This document shows positions 25,250 through 36,900 of a stretch of DNA of 64,000 bases, one piece after another. A program made the position numbers and the translations under genes. Source of the stretch: Macrostomum lignano (lineage: Eukaryota). Positions within the stretch are counted from its first letter, which is position 1. Every line of letters starts with the position of its first letter. The stretch is taken from the NCBI GenBank assembly GCA_002269645.1, contig NIVC01000958.1, positions 248,001-312,000 of the forward strand, written 5' to 3'. The notes beneath the pieces are model-generated. The model made no database searches. It saw only the letters and a list, made by a program, of their open reading frames with translations, and was not told the DNA's origin.

Positions 25250-27440
25250 AAACAGCGCTGGAAAGCTCAAATTGGCGCAGGAAAGCTGGAATTGGCACCG
25301 AAAGTCAAATTTGGCGCCAGGATCGCCGAATCAGCGCCGGAATGCTGAAATCAGCTTGAGAAGACCTTAACCAGCGCTGGAAAGCTCAAGTTGGCGCTAG
25401 AAAGCTCAAATTGGCGCAGGAAAGCTCAAATTGGCGCGGGAAAGATCAAATTGGCGACAGAAGTCAAATTTGGCGCCAGGATCACCAAATCGGCGCCAGG
25501 ATCGCCGAATCAGCGCCGGAATGCTAAAATCGGCTCAAGAAGACCTAAACCAGCGCTAGAAAGCTCAAACCAGCGCTAGAAAGCTCAAATTGGCGCGGGA
25601 AAGCTGGAATTGGCGCCGAAAGTCAAATTAACGCCAGGATCACCAAATCGGCGCCAGGATCGCCAAATCAGCGCCGGAATGCTGAAATTAGCGCCAAAAA
25701 GCCCGGACCAGCGCTGGAAAGCTCAAATTGGCGCGGGAAAGCTGGAATTGGCGCCGAAAGTCAAATTAACGCCAGGATCACCAAATCGGCGCCAGGATCG
25801 CCGAATCAGCGCCGGAATGCTAAAATCAGCTCGAGAAAACCTAAACCAGCGCTAGAAAGCTTAAACCAGCGCTAGAAAGCTCAAATTGGCGCGGGAAAGT
25901 TCAAATTGGCACCGGAAGTCAAATTTGGCGCCAGGATCGCCGAATCAGCGCCGGAATGCTGAAATCAGCTCGAGAAAACCTAAACCAGCGCTGGAAAGCT
26001 GAACCCAGCGCTGGAAAGCTCAAATTGGCGCGGGAAAGCTGGAATTGGCGCCGAAAGTCAAATTAACGCCAGGATCACCAAATCGGCGCCAGGATCGCCA
26101 AATCAGCGCCGGAATGCTGAAATCAGCGCCAAAAAGCCCGGACCAGCGCTGGAAAGCTCAAATTGGCGCGGGAAAGCTGGAATTGGCGCCGAAAGTCAAA
26201 TTAACGCCAGGATCACCAAATCGGCGCCAGGATCGCCAAATCAGCGCCGGAATGCTGAAATCAGCGCCAAAAAGCCCGGACCAGCGCTGGAAAGCTCAAA
26301 TTGGCGCGGGAAAGCTGGAATTGGCGCCGAAAGTCAAATTAACGCCAGGATCACCAAATCGGCGCCAGGATCGCCGAATCAGCGCCGGAATGCTAAAATC
26401 AGCTCGAGAAAACCTAAACCAGCGCTAGAAAGCTTAAACCAGCGCTAGAAAGCTCAAATTGGCGCGGGAAAGCTCAAATTGGCGCCGAAATTCAAATTTG
26501 GCGCCAGGATCGCCGAATCAGCGCCGGAATGCTGAAATCAGCGCCAAAAAGCCCGGACCAGCGCTGGAAAGCTCAAATTGGCGCAGGAAAGCTTAAATTG
26601 GCGCGGGAAAGATCAAATTGGCGAGGGAAAGCTGGAATTGGCGCTGAAAGTCAAATTTGGCGCCAGGATCACCAAATCGGCGCTAGGATCACCAAATCGG
26701 CGCCAGGATCGCCGAATCAGCGCCGGTCGGTGCCAGGATCGCCGAATCAGCGCCGGTCGGTGCCAGGATCGCCGAATCAGCGCCGGAATGCTGAAATCAG
26801 CGCCAAAAAGCCCGGACCAGCGCTGGAAAGCTCAAATTGGCGCAGGAAAGCTCAAATTGGCGCGGGAAAGATCAAATTGGCGAGGGAAAGCTGGAATTGG
26901 CGCCGAAAGTCAAATTTGGCGCCAGGATCACCAAATCGGCGCCAGGATCGCCGAATCAGCGCCGGTCGGTGCCAGGATCGCCGAATCAGCGCCGGTCGGT
27001 GCCAGGATCGCCGAATCAGCGCCGGAATGCTGAAATCAGCGCCAAAAAGCCCGGACCAGCGCTGGAAAGCTCAAATTGGCGCAAGAAAGCTTAAATTGGC
27101 GCGGGAAAGATCAAATTGGCGCGGGAAAGCTCAAATTGGCGCCGAAATTCAAATTTGGCGCTAGGATCACCAAATCGGCGCCAGGATCCCTAAATCAGCG
27201 CCGGTCGGTGCCAGGATCGCCGAATCAGCGCCGGTCGGTGCCAGGATCGCCGAATCAGCGCCGGAATGCTGAAATCAGCGCCAAAAAGCCCGGACCAGCG
27301 CTGAAAAGCTCAAATTGGCGCAGGAAAGCTCAAATTGGCGCGGGAAAGATCAAATTGGCGCGGGAAAGCTCAAATTGGCGCCGAAATTCAAATTTGGCGC
27401 TAGGATCACCAAATCGGCGCCAGGATCCCCAAATCAGCGC
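25250..27440. repeat. Complex ~20-bp GGCGCC-core satellite with higher-order blocks (mirror of 21975-22400)
   Basis: Monomers such as GAAAGCTCAAATTGGCGCGG and CAGGATCGCCGAATCAGCGC recur in longer repeated blocks. Confidence 0.93.
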
Positions 27441-29463
27441 TGGAATGTGCCAACGGGCGTAGAAGTGGCAGCATATATCAGCTTGCTACTTCTGGGCGCC
27501 AATTTTAATATACCGGCGCCAATTTTAGTCTTTGGGCGCCCATTTTAGCGCCCTGGCAAGGTCAATGCATTTAGTTCTCACGCAATGGAGCCGAAAAAAA
27601 AGTTCAATGAAGCAATGAAGCTAGCTGAATACACTGCACATCCGTGACTCATTTCTCGTATATTAATGTATACTGGATGAAGACGGCTCTTTGTCTTTCC
27701 CAACTCTCCCAAAATTAAAAAAACTCCCAGAACGCATTTCGTTTTAAGCTGCAAGGAATTGTATTCTTTAAATAAACGCGTTTCATTCAACGTATAGTTT
27801 CTACTTTTTAATAAATCATTTATTAACCTATTTGACCCAGTTGAATCTTTAAGATCTTGAGATTTATTTTTAATACGCTCGTAAGGCTTTAATTATTTCT
27901 TTATTCCAAAGGTAAGCAAACGTACGTTGGTTCTTAATTTGCATTGTACTCATTGTATTTTCTTTTATGTCTAGCTTATAATTGCAATATGCTAGGAATC
28001 TTATATTATTCTATAATCTTAAAGGTGGAAATTTGGTCAAAGAAAAATAGTACAGGCGCAAGAAGTGAGGACGACTAGCCATCCATTATCGTTTTGAACG
28101 TAAAAGATTTTAAACAACAAACTTAGCAAAGTAAGGTACCAAGCGAGTTATTCTAAAATTGATAGACAGGCTAATTTTCTAATTCGCAGAATCGCTGAGT
28201 CCCAGTTTTCTAATTTCTATAGATTGGACTTGTCCTTTAGAAGTTGTTTTTATTTTCAGAATACTCGTATACTGCATCCGTTTGTAAATATTATGTCCAA
28301 AAAGGCAGAAAAATAAATTTTGAATTTCCGCGCAAAGTTAAAACAAATTAGGAATTTGAACAAAATCTGAATTCACGCGGATATTCAAAATCTCACGTTC
28401 GTTAAAGTCTGGCAATCTGGCGCCCCCTTTGGCACTTCATTGGCCCTGAAATACAAATACTTGAATTGTGGTTGCTGTTTGATCTTATTTCCTTTTCTAG
28501 TTTAGGAAGTCAAATAAAGAGTAGAGTAGTCAAATAAATTAATCTTATGCTGGAGTACAATGAGATACTGAGTGTTAGCATTTTAAGCAAAGCGATAATA
28601 TTGTTTGGGATTCTGTTTACACTAGAGCAGTATCGCCCTTCGATACATATCGGCTGTTTTGTGATTTTAATTTACAGTTGCTCAGGTTGCACTAAAGTCG
28701 CAATCCGCCGCAATCAACCCGCAGGTGACAGAATCCGCTGCCAGCAGACCTCATGGCTGGCTAGCCGTGGTTTGGCTACTCGGGACGCTGTTCACCTCCC
28801 CGACTGAACGAGGCCATCGCTGATTTTGTCCGCTAAGATGGCGTTCCGCGACGATGGCCGGCCGGCGGCCACGTTCTGATGCTTGGCGGCGCCGCCTAGT
28901 GAGTTATTGCATCCTACCACAACAGATAAGCACATTCCATCCATAATTGACTCGTCTAAAACAAATAGCCCCAGTCGGAATCCATAAATCCTTATCTGAT
29001 TACAACTGTATCGTAAATTCTGAATTGTACTTCTGAATTGTACTTCTGAATTAACACCCCTCGTAAATTGAATTGCGAAGTATAAAAGTTCAGTAAAACA
29101 GAAATACTGAAGTAACTGACTAAAAATGACACTTTTAAAATATTTCGCAACAGCTGTAGCCAGGGGCGCGGATTTAGGGGTCTGGTGGGAGCACCACTCC
29201 TCCCAGCGCTCCCTAGGAACTTTTATTACCTGGATACCTAGGTACTTCTTCCTAGGTACTAGAATTTACCTTGGCTAGTAATCGACATACTGATTTACTT
29301 TGCTAAAATTCTACAGTTTTTGACGCAAGCAAGGCTGGGCCGTTAAATCATTGATGAAACAAGTTACAACCTTAGAAACTGTAAATTAATATCACAAAAC
29401 AGCCGACATGTATCGAAGAAACGAAACTAACCAGTCAAAAACACATTTTGCACTCTCATCCAG

Positions 29464-29588
29464 ATTCTGCCCGATCGCTACGAGGGCTTGCAGCGCGCTC
29501 TGCCGTTGCCGGAGTGCAGCGGGCGAGATTTCCGCCTGGCCACCCGGCTGCCGGCATTCTTTGTCCAGCCGGACCTGGAGCCCAGGAT
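29464..29588 (+). pseudogene. KDM3/JMJD1-like JmjC exon fragment
   Basis: After a CTCTCATCCAG acceptor: ILPDRYEGLQRALPLPECSGRDFRLATRLPAFFVQPDLEPR, resembling the recalled KDM3 motif MPSRFDDLM..IPLPEY...G.LNLASRLP.YFV.PDLGPK; cut off at the P-like TIR. Confidence 0.7.
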
Positions 29589-30189
29589 CATAGAATTCCT
29601 ATATACTAAAAATGAAATGTCTGTAACTAGCTATGCGATAGATTTCAGAAAAAATGGCTCAACCGATTTCTTCAAACTTGCACCATTTGATCAGAAATTT
29701 TCCTGGGACGGTACATGCATCTTGGCTAAGAAATTGCTTAATGTTAAAGGGATTAAATATTCGAAAAACATGCTTTTTTGCAAAGGTCAAGCAAAATTTT
29801 CGACTTGAAATGCATTTTAAGAATGCTAGAGAAAAAACTGACTGGCTGAATTCCGATTGTGATAAAGATTGCATCACAACAAGTTCAAAACAGTGCCGAA
29901 GAAATGCACACAAGACTTGATTGTAATTGCATAACCATATTGCTAACTTGAATTGAGACTGATACTGGCTGACTGAGAAATTGATTATGTCATAACTTTT
30001 TACTTTAATTGACTTGCTGTAAGAATTGAATTATAAGGGCCACAATTCATGTTCTCCAATTGAAAAGAGATAGCCAAGATGCGAACAGACTGGAATGCTA
30101 ATGTAGCGACCTGAGTTCGAATCTTAGTAGTGCAAAAAGATTTTTTTTATTAAAACACCTTAAAAACACAACAAAACTGCTAAACATCA

Positions 30190-32150
30190 AAGAAGCGCAA
30201 TGTCAAACATAGAAGAGCCAACATATCGAACATAAAAGAGTTACCATGTCAAACATTTAAGAGCTACCATGTCAAACATTTAAGAGCCACCATGTCAAAC
30301 ATAAAAGACCCACCATGTCAAACATAAAAGAGCCACCATGTCAAACATAAAAGAGCCACCATTTCGAACATTAAAGAGCCACCATTTCGAACATTAAAGA
30401 GCCACCATTTTGAACATTAAAGAGCCGCCATGTCAAACATTAAAGAGCCACCATGTCAAACATAAAAGAGCCACCATTTCGAACATTAAAGAGCCACCAT
30501 GTCAAACATTTAAGAGCCACCATGTCAAACATTAAAGAGCCACCATTTCGAACATTAAAGAGCCACTATTTTGAACATTAAAGAGCCACCATTTTGAACA
30601 TTAAAGAGCCACCATGTCAAACATTTAGGAGCCACCATGTCAAACATTAAAGAGCCACCATGTCGAACATAAAAGAGCCACCATGTTAAACATTAAAGGG
30701 CCACCATGTCAAACATAGAAGAGCCACCATGTCAGATATTACCAGTAAAAGGAGCCACCATGTCGAACACTAAAAAGCCACCATGTCAAACATATATGTG
30801 ACTTTATGTAAAACATTAAAGAGCCACCATTTCGAACATTGAAGAGCCAGCATGTCGAACATTAAATAGCCAGCATGTCGAACATTAAAGAGCCACCATG
30901 TCGAACATTAAAGAGCCACCATGTAAAACATTAAAGAGCCACATTGTCAAACATAAAAGAGCCTTTATATCGTACATTAAAGAGCCACCATGTCGAACAT
31001 TAAAGAGCCACCATGTCAAACATTTAAGAGCCACCATGTCAAACATTAAAGAGCCGCCATGTCAAAACAAAAAAGTGCCATCATGTCAAACCTAAAAAAG
31101 CCACCATGTCAAACATTACAGAGCCATTATGTCAAACCTAAAAGAGCCACAATGTCGAACATTAAAAAGCCACCATGTCTAACAGTAAAGAGCCACCATG
31201 TCGAACAATTAGGAGCCACGTCAAACATTAAAGAGCCACCATGTCCAACATTAAAGAGCCACCATGTCAAACATTAAAGAGCCACTTTGTCCAACATTAA
31301 AGAGCCACCATGTAAAACATAAAAGAGCCAACATGTCAGACATTAAAAAGCCACCGTATCAAACATAAAAGAGTTACCATCTAGAACAAAAAGATCCATC
31401 ATGTCGAACATTAAAGAGCCACCATGTCAAACATTAAAGAGCCACCATGTCAAACATAAAAGAGCCAACATGTCAGACATAAAAGAGCCACCATGTCAGA
31501 TATTAAAAAGCCACCGTATCAAACATAAAAGAGTTACCATGTAGAACAAAAAAGATCCACCATGTCGAACATAAAGAGCCACTATGTCAAACATTTAGGA
31601 GCCACCATGTCAAACATATATGTGACTTTATGTCAAACAATAAAGAGCCACCATTTCGTACATTAAAGAGCCACCATGTCGAACATTAAAGAACCACCAT
31701 GTAGAATTTTAAAGAGCCACCATTTCGAACATTAAAGAGCCACCATGTCAAACATTTAGAAGCCACCATGTCAAAGATTTAAGAGCCACCATGTCAAACA
31801 TAAAAGAGCCACCATGTTAAACATTAAAGAGCCACCATGTCAAACATAGAAGAGCCACCATGTCATAATAAAGAGAGCCACCATGTCGAACATAAAAGAG
31901 CCACCATGTCGAACATTAAAGATCCACCATGTCAAACATATATGTGACTTTATGTCAAACAATAAAGAGCCACCATTTCAAACATTAAAGAGCCACCATT
32001 TCGTACATTAAAGAGCCACCATGTCAAACATTAAAGGGCCACCATGTAGAACAGTAAAGAGCCACCATGTCAAAAATAGAAGAGCCACCATGTCAAACAT
32101 TAAAGAGCCACTATGTCGAACAGTAAAGAGCCACCAAGTCAAACATAGGA
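30190..32150. repeat. ~21-bp satellite AAAGAGCCACCATGTCAAACAT(T) inside Helitron unit 1
   Basis: Degenerate tandem array. Confidence 0.95.
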
Positions 32151-32289
32151 GACGCAATTTCAAATGTAAAAAGAAGCGTCATGCCAATCACAAAGGAGCC
32201 ATTATAAAGCTAAGGAAATTGTTGCACTTGCTACTTATTGTCCGGTGGATGCTTGCTATTTAAGGATCAATACTTGCTATCAATTGGTT

Positions 32290-32505
32290 GCTTGCTATCT
32301 GGGGTGCTTGCTATCTGGGGGTGCTTGCTATCTGGGGGTGCTTGCTAACTGGGGGTGCCTGCTATCTGGGGGTGCTTGCTATCTGGTGGTGCTTGCTATC
32401 TGGGGGGTGCTTGCTATCTGGGGGTGCTTGCTAACTGGGGGTGCCTGCTATCTGGGGGGGTGCTTGCTATCTGGAGGTGCTTGCTATCTGGGGGGATGCT
32501 TGCTG
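32290..32505. repeat. 17-19-bp minisatellite TGCTTGCTATCTGGGGG inside Helitron unit 1
   Basis: Tandem array near the 3' end. Confidence 0.92.
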
Positions 32506-33933
32506 TCTTAGGATGTTTTCTTTTTGCATTGCACTTTATCTGAACAGTTTTTCTATTGACTATGTGAAGGCTTTGTTTGACCATCTTATTGATACTTGCA
32601 GAGAACAGAGATTCTATCCAGATGTCCCCCATCGGGGGGCGAAGATTGCTAGTCCTATATACTAAAAATGAGTTGTCTGTATGTGGGTAGGTATGCGATA
32701 GATTTCAGAAAAAATGGCTCAACCGATTTTCTTCAAACTTGCACCATTCGATCAGAAATTTTCCTGGGACGGTACATGCATCTTGGCTAAGAAATTGCTC
32801 AATTTTAAAGGGATTAAATATTCGAAAAACATGCTTTTTTGCAAAGGTCAAGCAGCTCTTTCGACCTGAAATGCATTGTAAAAATGCTAGAGAAAAAACT
32901 GACTGACTGAATTCTGATTGTGATAAAGATTGCATAACAGCTGAATTGTACCTCCGCCTTGAATTGCGTCACAGTGTTGAAAACACTGTGTAGAAGCATA
33001 TTACGAGACTTGATTTAGACTGCGTAACCATACTGACCGATTGAAAAATTGATTATGTCATAACTGCTTCGTGCTCATCTTATAGTGTAATTTTTGTTAA
33101 ACATAAAAGAAGCGTCAAGAAAAACCTAAAAAATGCTAGCGTCTAGGCTTACTAATTCAAAACCACAAGTGTCATAAAAATCGTAAAAGAAGTGTCATTT
33201 TAAGCATGAAAAGTTCCTGTAAAGCATAGAAGAAGCGCGAATATTCAAATAACACACATGCCTTTCTGAAAGGGTCAAGCAGAACTTCCTACTGTGAGCC
33301 ATTCTGATTGGAATTAAACTTTGCAGCGCCCAGTAAAGTAGTATTTTTTGTCGCCAGGCTAGAGAACTATAAATGTAGACTGCGAGAAAAGATTGTACAT
33401 TATAAAATCTTCCCGTGCACAATTGACAAACTAACTTTAAATGCTGGAGAGAGGGAGAGTGAGAGAGTGAAATACATGCACATATATACAGTATCTAATT
33501 GATTCACAATATACGAACCATGTTTGAGACTGACCCTCCAAAATGTAATAAAACCGTCTGATTATAAAAAAGTCCAAAAGTGCCACAGAGATAGATGTAC
33601 ATTGGCTACTGAGGCTTGCGCCTCCTTCAGAAAATTTATCTGAATCCTTTCACATAGGAGAGTTAGAGTTAGGTGTTTGAGAGAGAGTATTGAATAATAA
33701 AAAGAGTCCTGACCAATTAGCAGGCGGGTATTGGAGAGAATTTAGGCTTGCTGTACACACTGACAGTCTAACAGTGTACAAATGGTGTCCAGCTTTTTGG
33801 GATTGGGTGGTTGCTGAGTTTAAAACGCGTGACATTATAGACTTCATACCTTTCTCTTTTCTCGCACACAACCCCTACTATCCTTTCTTTTCATTATAAC
33901 TCAAAATTCTTATCTTTCAATTTGAATTCCAAT

Positions 33934-36900
33934 ATGGCTCGACGTGGCACCAGCGCATTGAAGAAGAGCAGAGATGCCAAGAAGAAGCGTCAGCAAGAGA
34001 GTGCCGTTGAGCGAGAGGAGCGGCTGGCTGGACTGCGGCAGCAGAAAAATGAGCGAACGGCCATGGAGACTGACTCGCAGCGAGAAGAGCGGTTGGCTGG
34101 ACTGCGGCAGCAGAAGGCTGAGCGAACGGCCATGGAGACTGACGCGCAGCGAGAAGAGCGGCTGGCTGGACACCGGCAGCAGGAGGCTGAGCGAAGGGCA
34201 ACTGAAACCGACGCTCAGCGAGAAGAGCGCCTGACGAGACTCCGGCAGGAAAATGCTGAGCGAAGGGCAACGGAAACAGACGCTCAGCGAGAAGAGCGTA
34301 GATCTGGAGACAGAACTCGTGCGGAGAAGCGACGCGCTTCAGAAACCGAAGAGCAACGAAGAGCTCGAGTGGAAGCCGAGCAAATTCGCCGTCGAGGAGT
34401 GTCGGCTGGCAGGTAGGATGACATTTTAATTGGAGCTATATATTTTATAGCTATATAAAATCCAAGTGCCCTTTGTGCCTAATTCGGGGTATTTTCTATC
34501 TTAGCTGATGTTTTATTGGTACTTGGGCATATAATTAAAAACTGGAATCTGTTTCGTGCATTTTTTCTCATCTTTTCAAGTCGATTGCTTTCCAAGAGTT
34601 TTATTTAAGAGATCAGTATAGAATAGCATAAAATTTATTCGTCACTACTTTAATTACCGGCAAATGAAGTTGTGTATAATTTTTTTCCTATATTCCAGGT
34701 TTGATAGTAGTGAGTTGGCCACACCGTCTGTGGTACCTTTTGATGCGTTGCGCATAATTCGCATTCCTGGTGATGGGAACTGTTTTTTTTATGCAGTCTG
34801 TGATCAGTTGCAGGGCACTCCACTTGAGACCGATGCGGCATCTTTAAGACACGAGCTGACGAGCCGTGTAGTGCAGATTATGCCAGAATTGATTGAACAA
34901 GGCTTTGTTTTGCCAGAAAATGCTGATTTCATTGTTGATTCCTCTTTTTCTGAAGGCACATATGTGCCTGATGAAGTTGTTCCGCTTTTAAGCCGTTGTT
35001 TTAATGTTGATCTGGTGATTTATCAAGAAAACGGCACTGTACTGCAGTACTGTATGTCCCCTTTGCAGCCACCGATTGCAATCGTCCGAATTCTTTTGCG
35101 TCATGAGCATTATGAGTCATTGCGATTTGCTAATCCGATTCCAGTTTCTGAGCCCATTGTAGATGCAGAGGAGCCAAGATTAACTCAGCAGAGTGCAGGT
35201 CATTTTGGCGCAAGACCTGCTCAAGAGAGGTAGGTCATTGGTGTGACTGGTCATCATAATTTATTTGTCATCGAACTCAAGTTGTTTTATTCCAATAAAT
35301 TTTTTTGTAAACTGAAAGATTAACTGGGAAAACTGTTTGCCATTAATCCTTCCTAATCCTAATCCTTCTAATCACAGGCCAGAACGGATTATCAGGCCTG
35401 AAGCGCCAGCCCATAACTGTGGCCCAATGGACAGAGCATGCGACCAATGCGGTGCATTACTTTGGTGCTCTGAGACGAGGAATTTCTGCTGCGCCAAAGG
35501 CAAGGTGAAGCTGCCCAGCCGCACCGTGCCTCAAGTGCTGGCAGATCTGTACCTGGGGCGGCACAGAATGAGTGCCGAGTTTCTGACCAACATTCGGAGT
35601 TACAACTCGGCGCTGCACCTGACATCGCTGGGTGCCAAACTGCGGTTGGTGCCAGGCTGGTGTCCCAGCTTCATCATCAGCGGCCAGTTGCATCACAACA
35701 CGGCGCCGCTGTTTGCAGAGGATTCAGCTGAGCCCCATGGCTGGCAGGTGTATTTCAATGATCGCGAACTTGAAAGCCGCCAGAGTCTCAGCCAGAAGGT
35801 GAAGCCGGAGCTACTGGAGCTATTGCAGACGCTGCTTCACGAGTGCAACGGCTATGTCCGCAGCCTGAGGGCAGTCGCTCATCGAATCAGTCAAGATCCG
35901 GAGTTGGGAGATGCGCGAATCGTAATTCACCCTGACCGTCGACCATCTGGGGAACACATTCGGTATGTCTGCAAGACATTCTAATAAGATATTTTGCGTA
36001 ATAAATTATCCAATTATCCAATTTGTACAGACTCTGTATCCCACAAACTCCGTTCAAAATCAGGCGCTACAACTTGCCTACGGCGAACGAGGTCGGTATC
36101 CTAATTGTAGAGGACAATGAGAACACACCGGCCAGTCGGGACGTCGTGATTCAACTGCGTGGTGGCGGTTCCCAGAGAATCAGCGAGACACACCGCTCAT
36201 ATGACCCGCTGGAGTATGTGCTGCTGTTCCCGAATGGCGAAGATGGCTGGCACCCGGAGTTGCTGATGAGTAATGGCAAGAAATTAACGCCCATGAAATA
36301 CTATGCGAGCGAAATCATGGTGCGAGCGGGCCAGTTCAGTGTGCTGCACTATGGCCGAAGATTATTTCAGCAGTACTTGGTGGACATGTGTGCCAAGATT
36401 GAGGCAGAGAGGCTGCTGTATTTGCGGACCCATCAGCAGGACCTGCGCAGCGAGACATACAGCGGTCTGCGGGACGCTCTGTTTGCAGCTGATGGCAGGT
36501 CTACCGACAGAGATCCGAGTGACATAGGCAAGCCCGCGCATGTGCTTCTGTCTTCGAGCTTCGTTGGCGGGCCAAGGTACCTGATGGAGAGGCTACAGGA
36601 CGCTATGACCTATGTTCACAAGTTCGGTAAGCCGGACCTGTTTGTCACCGCAACGTGCAATCCGAAATGGCCGGAGATCAGCGCTCAGCTGCTGCCTGGA
36701 CAGCGGGCAGAAGACCGGCCGGACATTGTTAGCCGAGTCTTTGAAATGAAGAGGAAAGCTCTTCTGGCCCAGTTGACCAAGCGCTATGGGAAAGAGGCCG
36801 CTCACGTTTGCTCACTGGAGTACCAGAAGCGTGGTGAGTAAAAATTCTGACTTGCAAGAATCAAAGTTTTAAGATTTATTAAAATTTAGATTTACAAAGG

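Larger units (their letters stand above)
21806..27604. mobile_element. Foldback structure with long inverted arms around a tyrosine-recombinase loop
   Basis: Left arm 21806-23328 is the reverse complement of right arm 24316-27604, the right arm being longer by satellite expansion. Loop 23329-24315. No TSD found. Confidence 0.85.
29597..32652 (+). mobile_element. Non-autonomous Helitron (unit 1)
   Basis: 5' TCCTATATACTAAAAATG; 3' hairpin CCCCC-ATC-GGGGG followed by CTAG at 32649-32652; ends homologous to unit 2. Confidence 0.88.

Noticed and set aside
29161-29350. MITE beginning CAGGGGCGCGG
   Set aside because: No matching second terminus or TSD was found.
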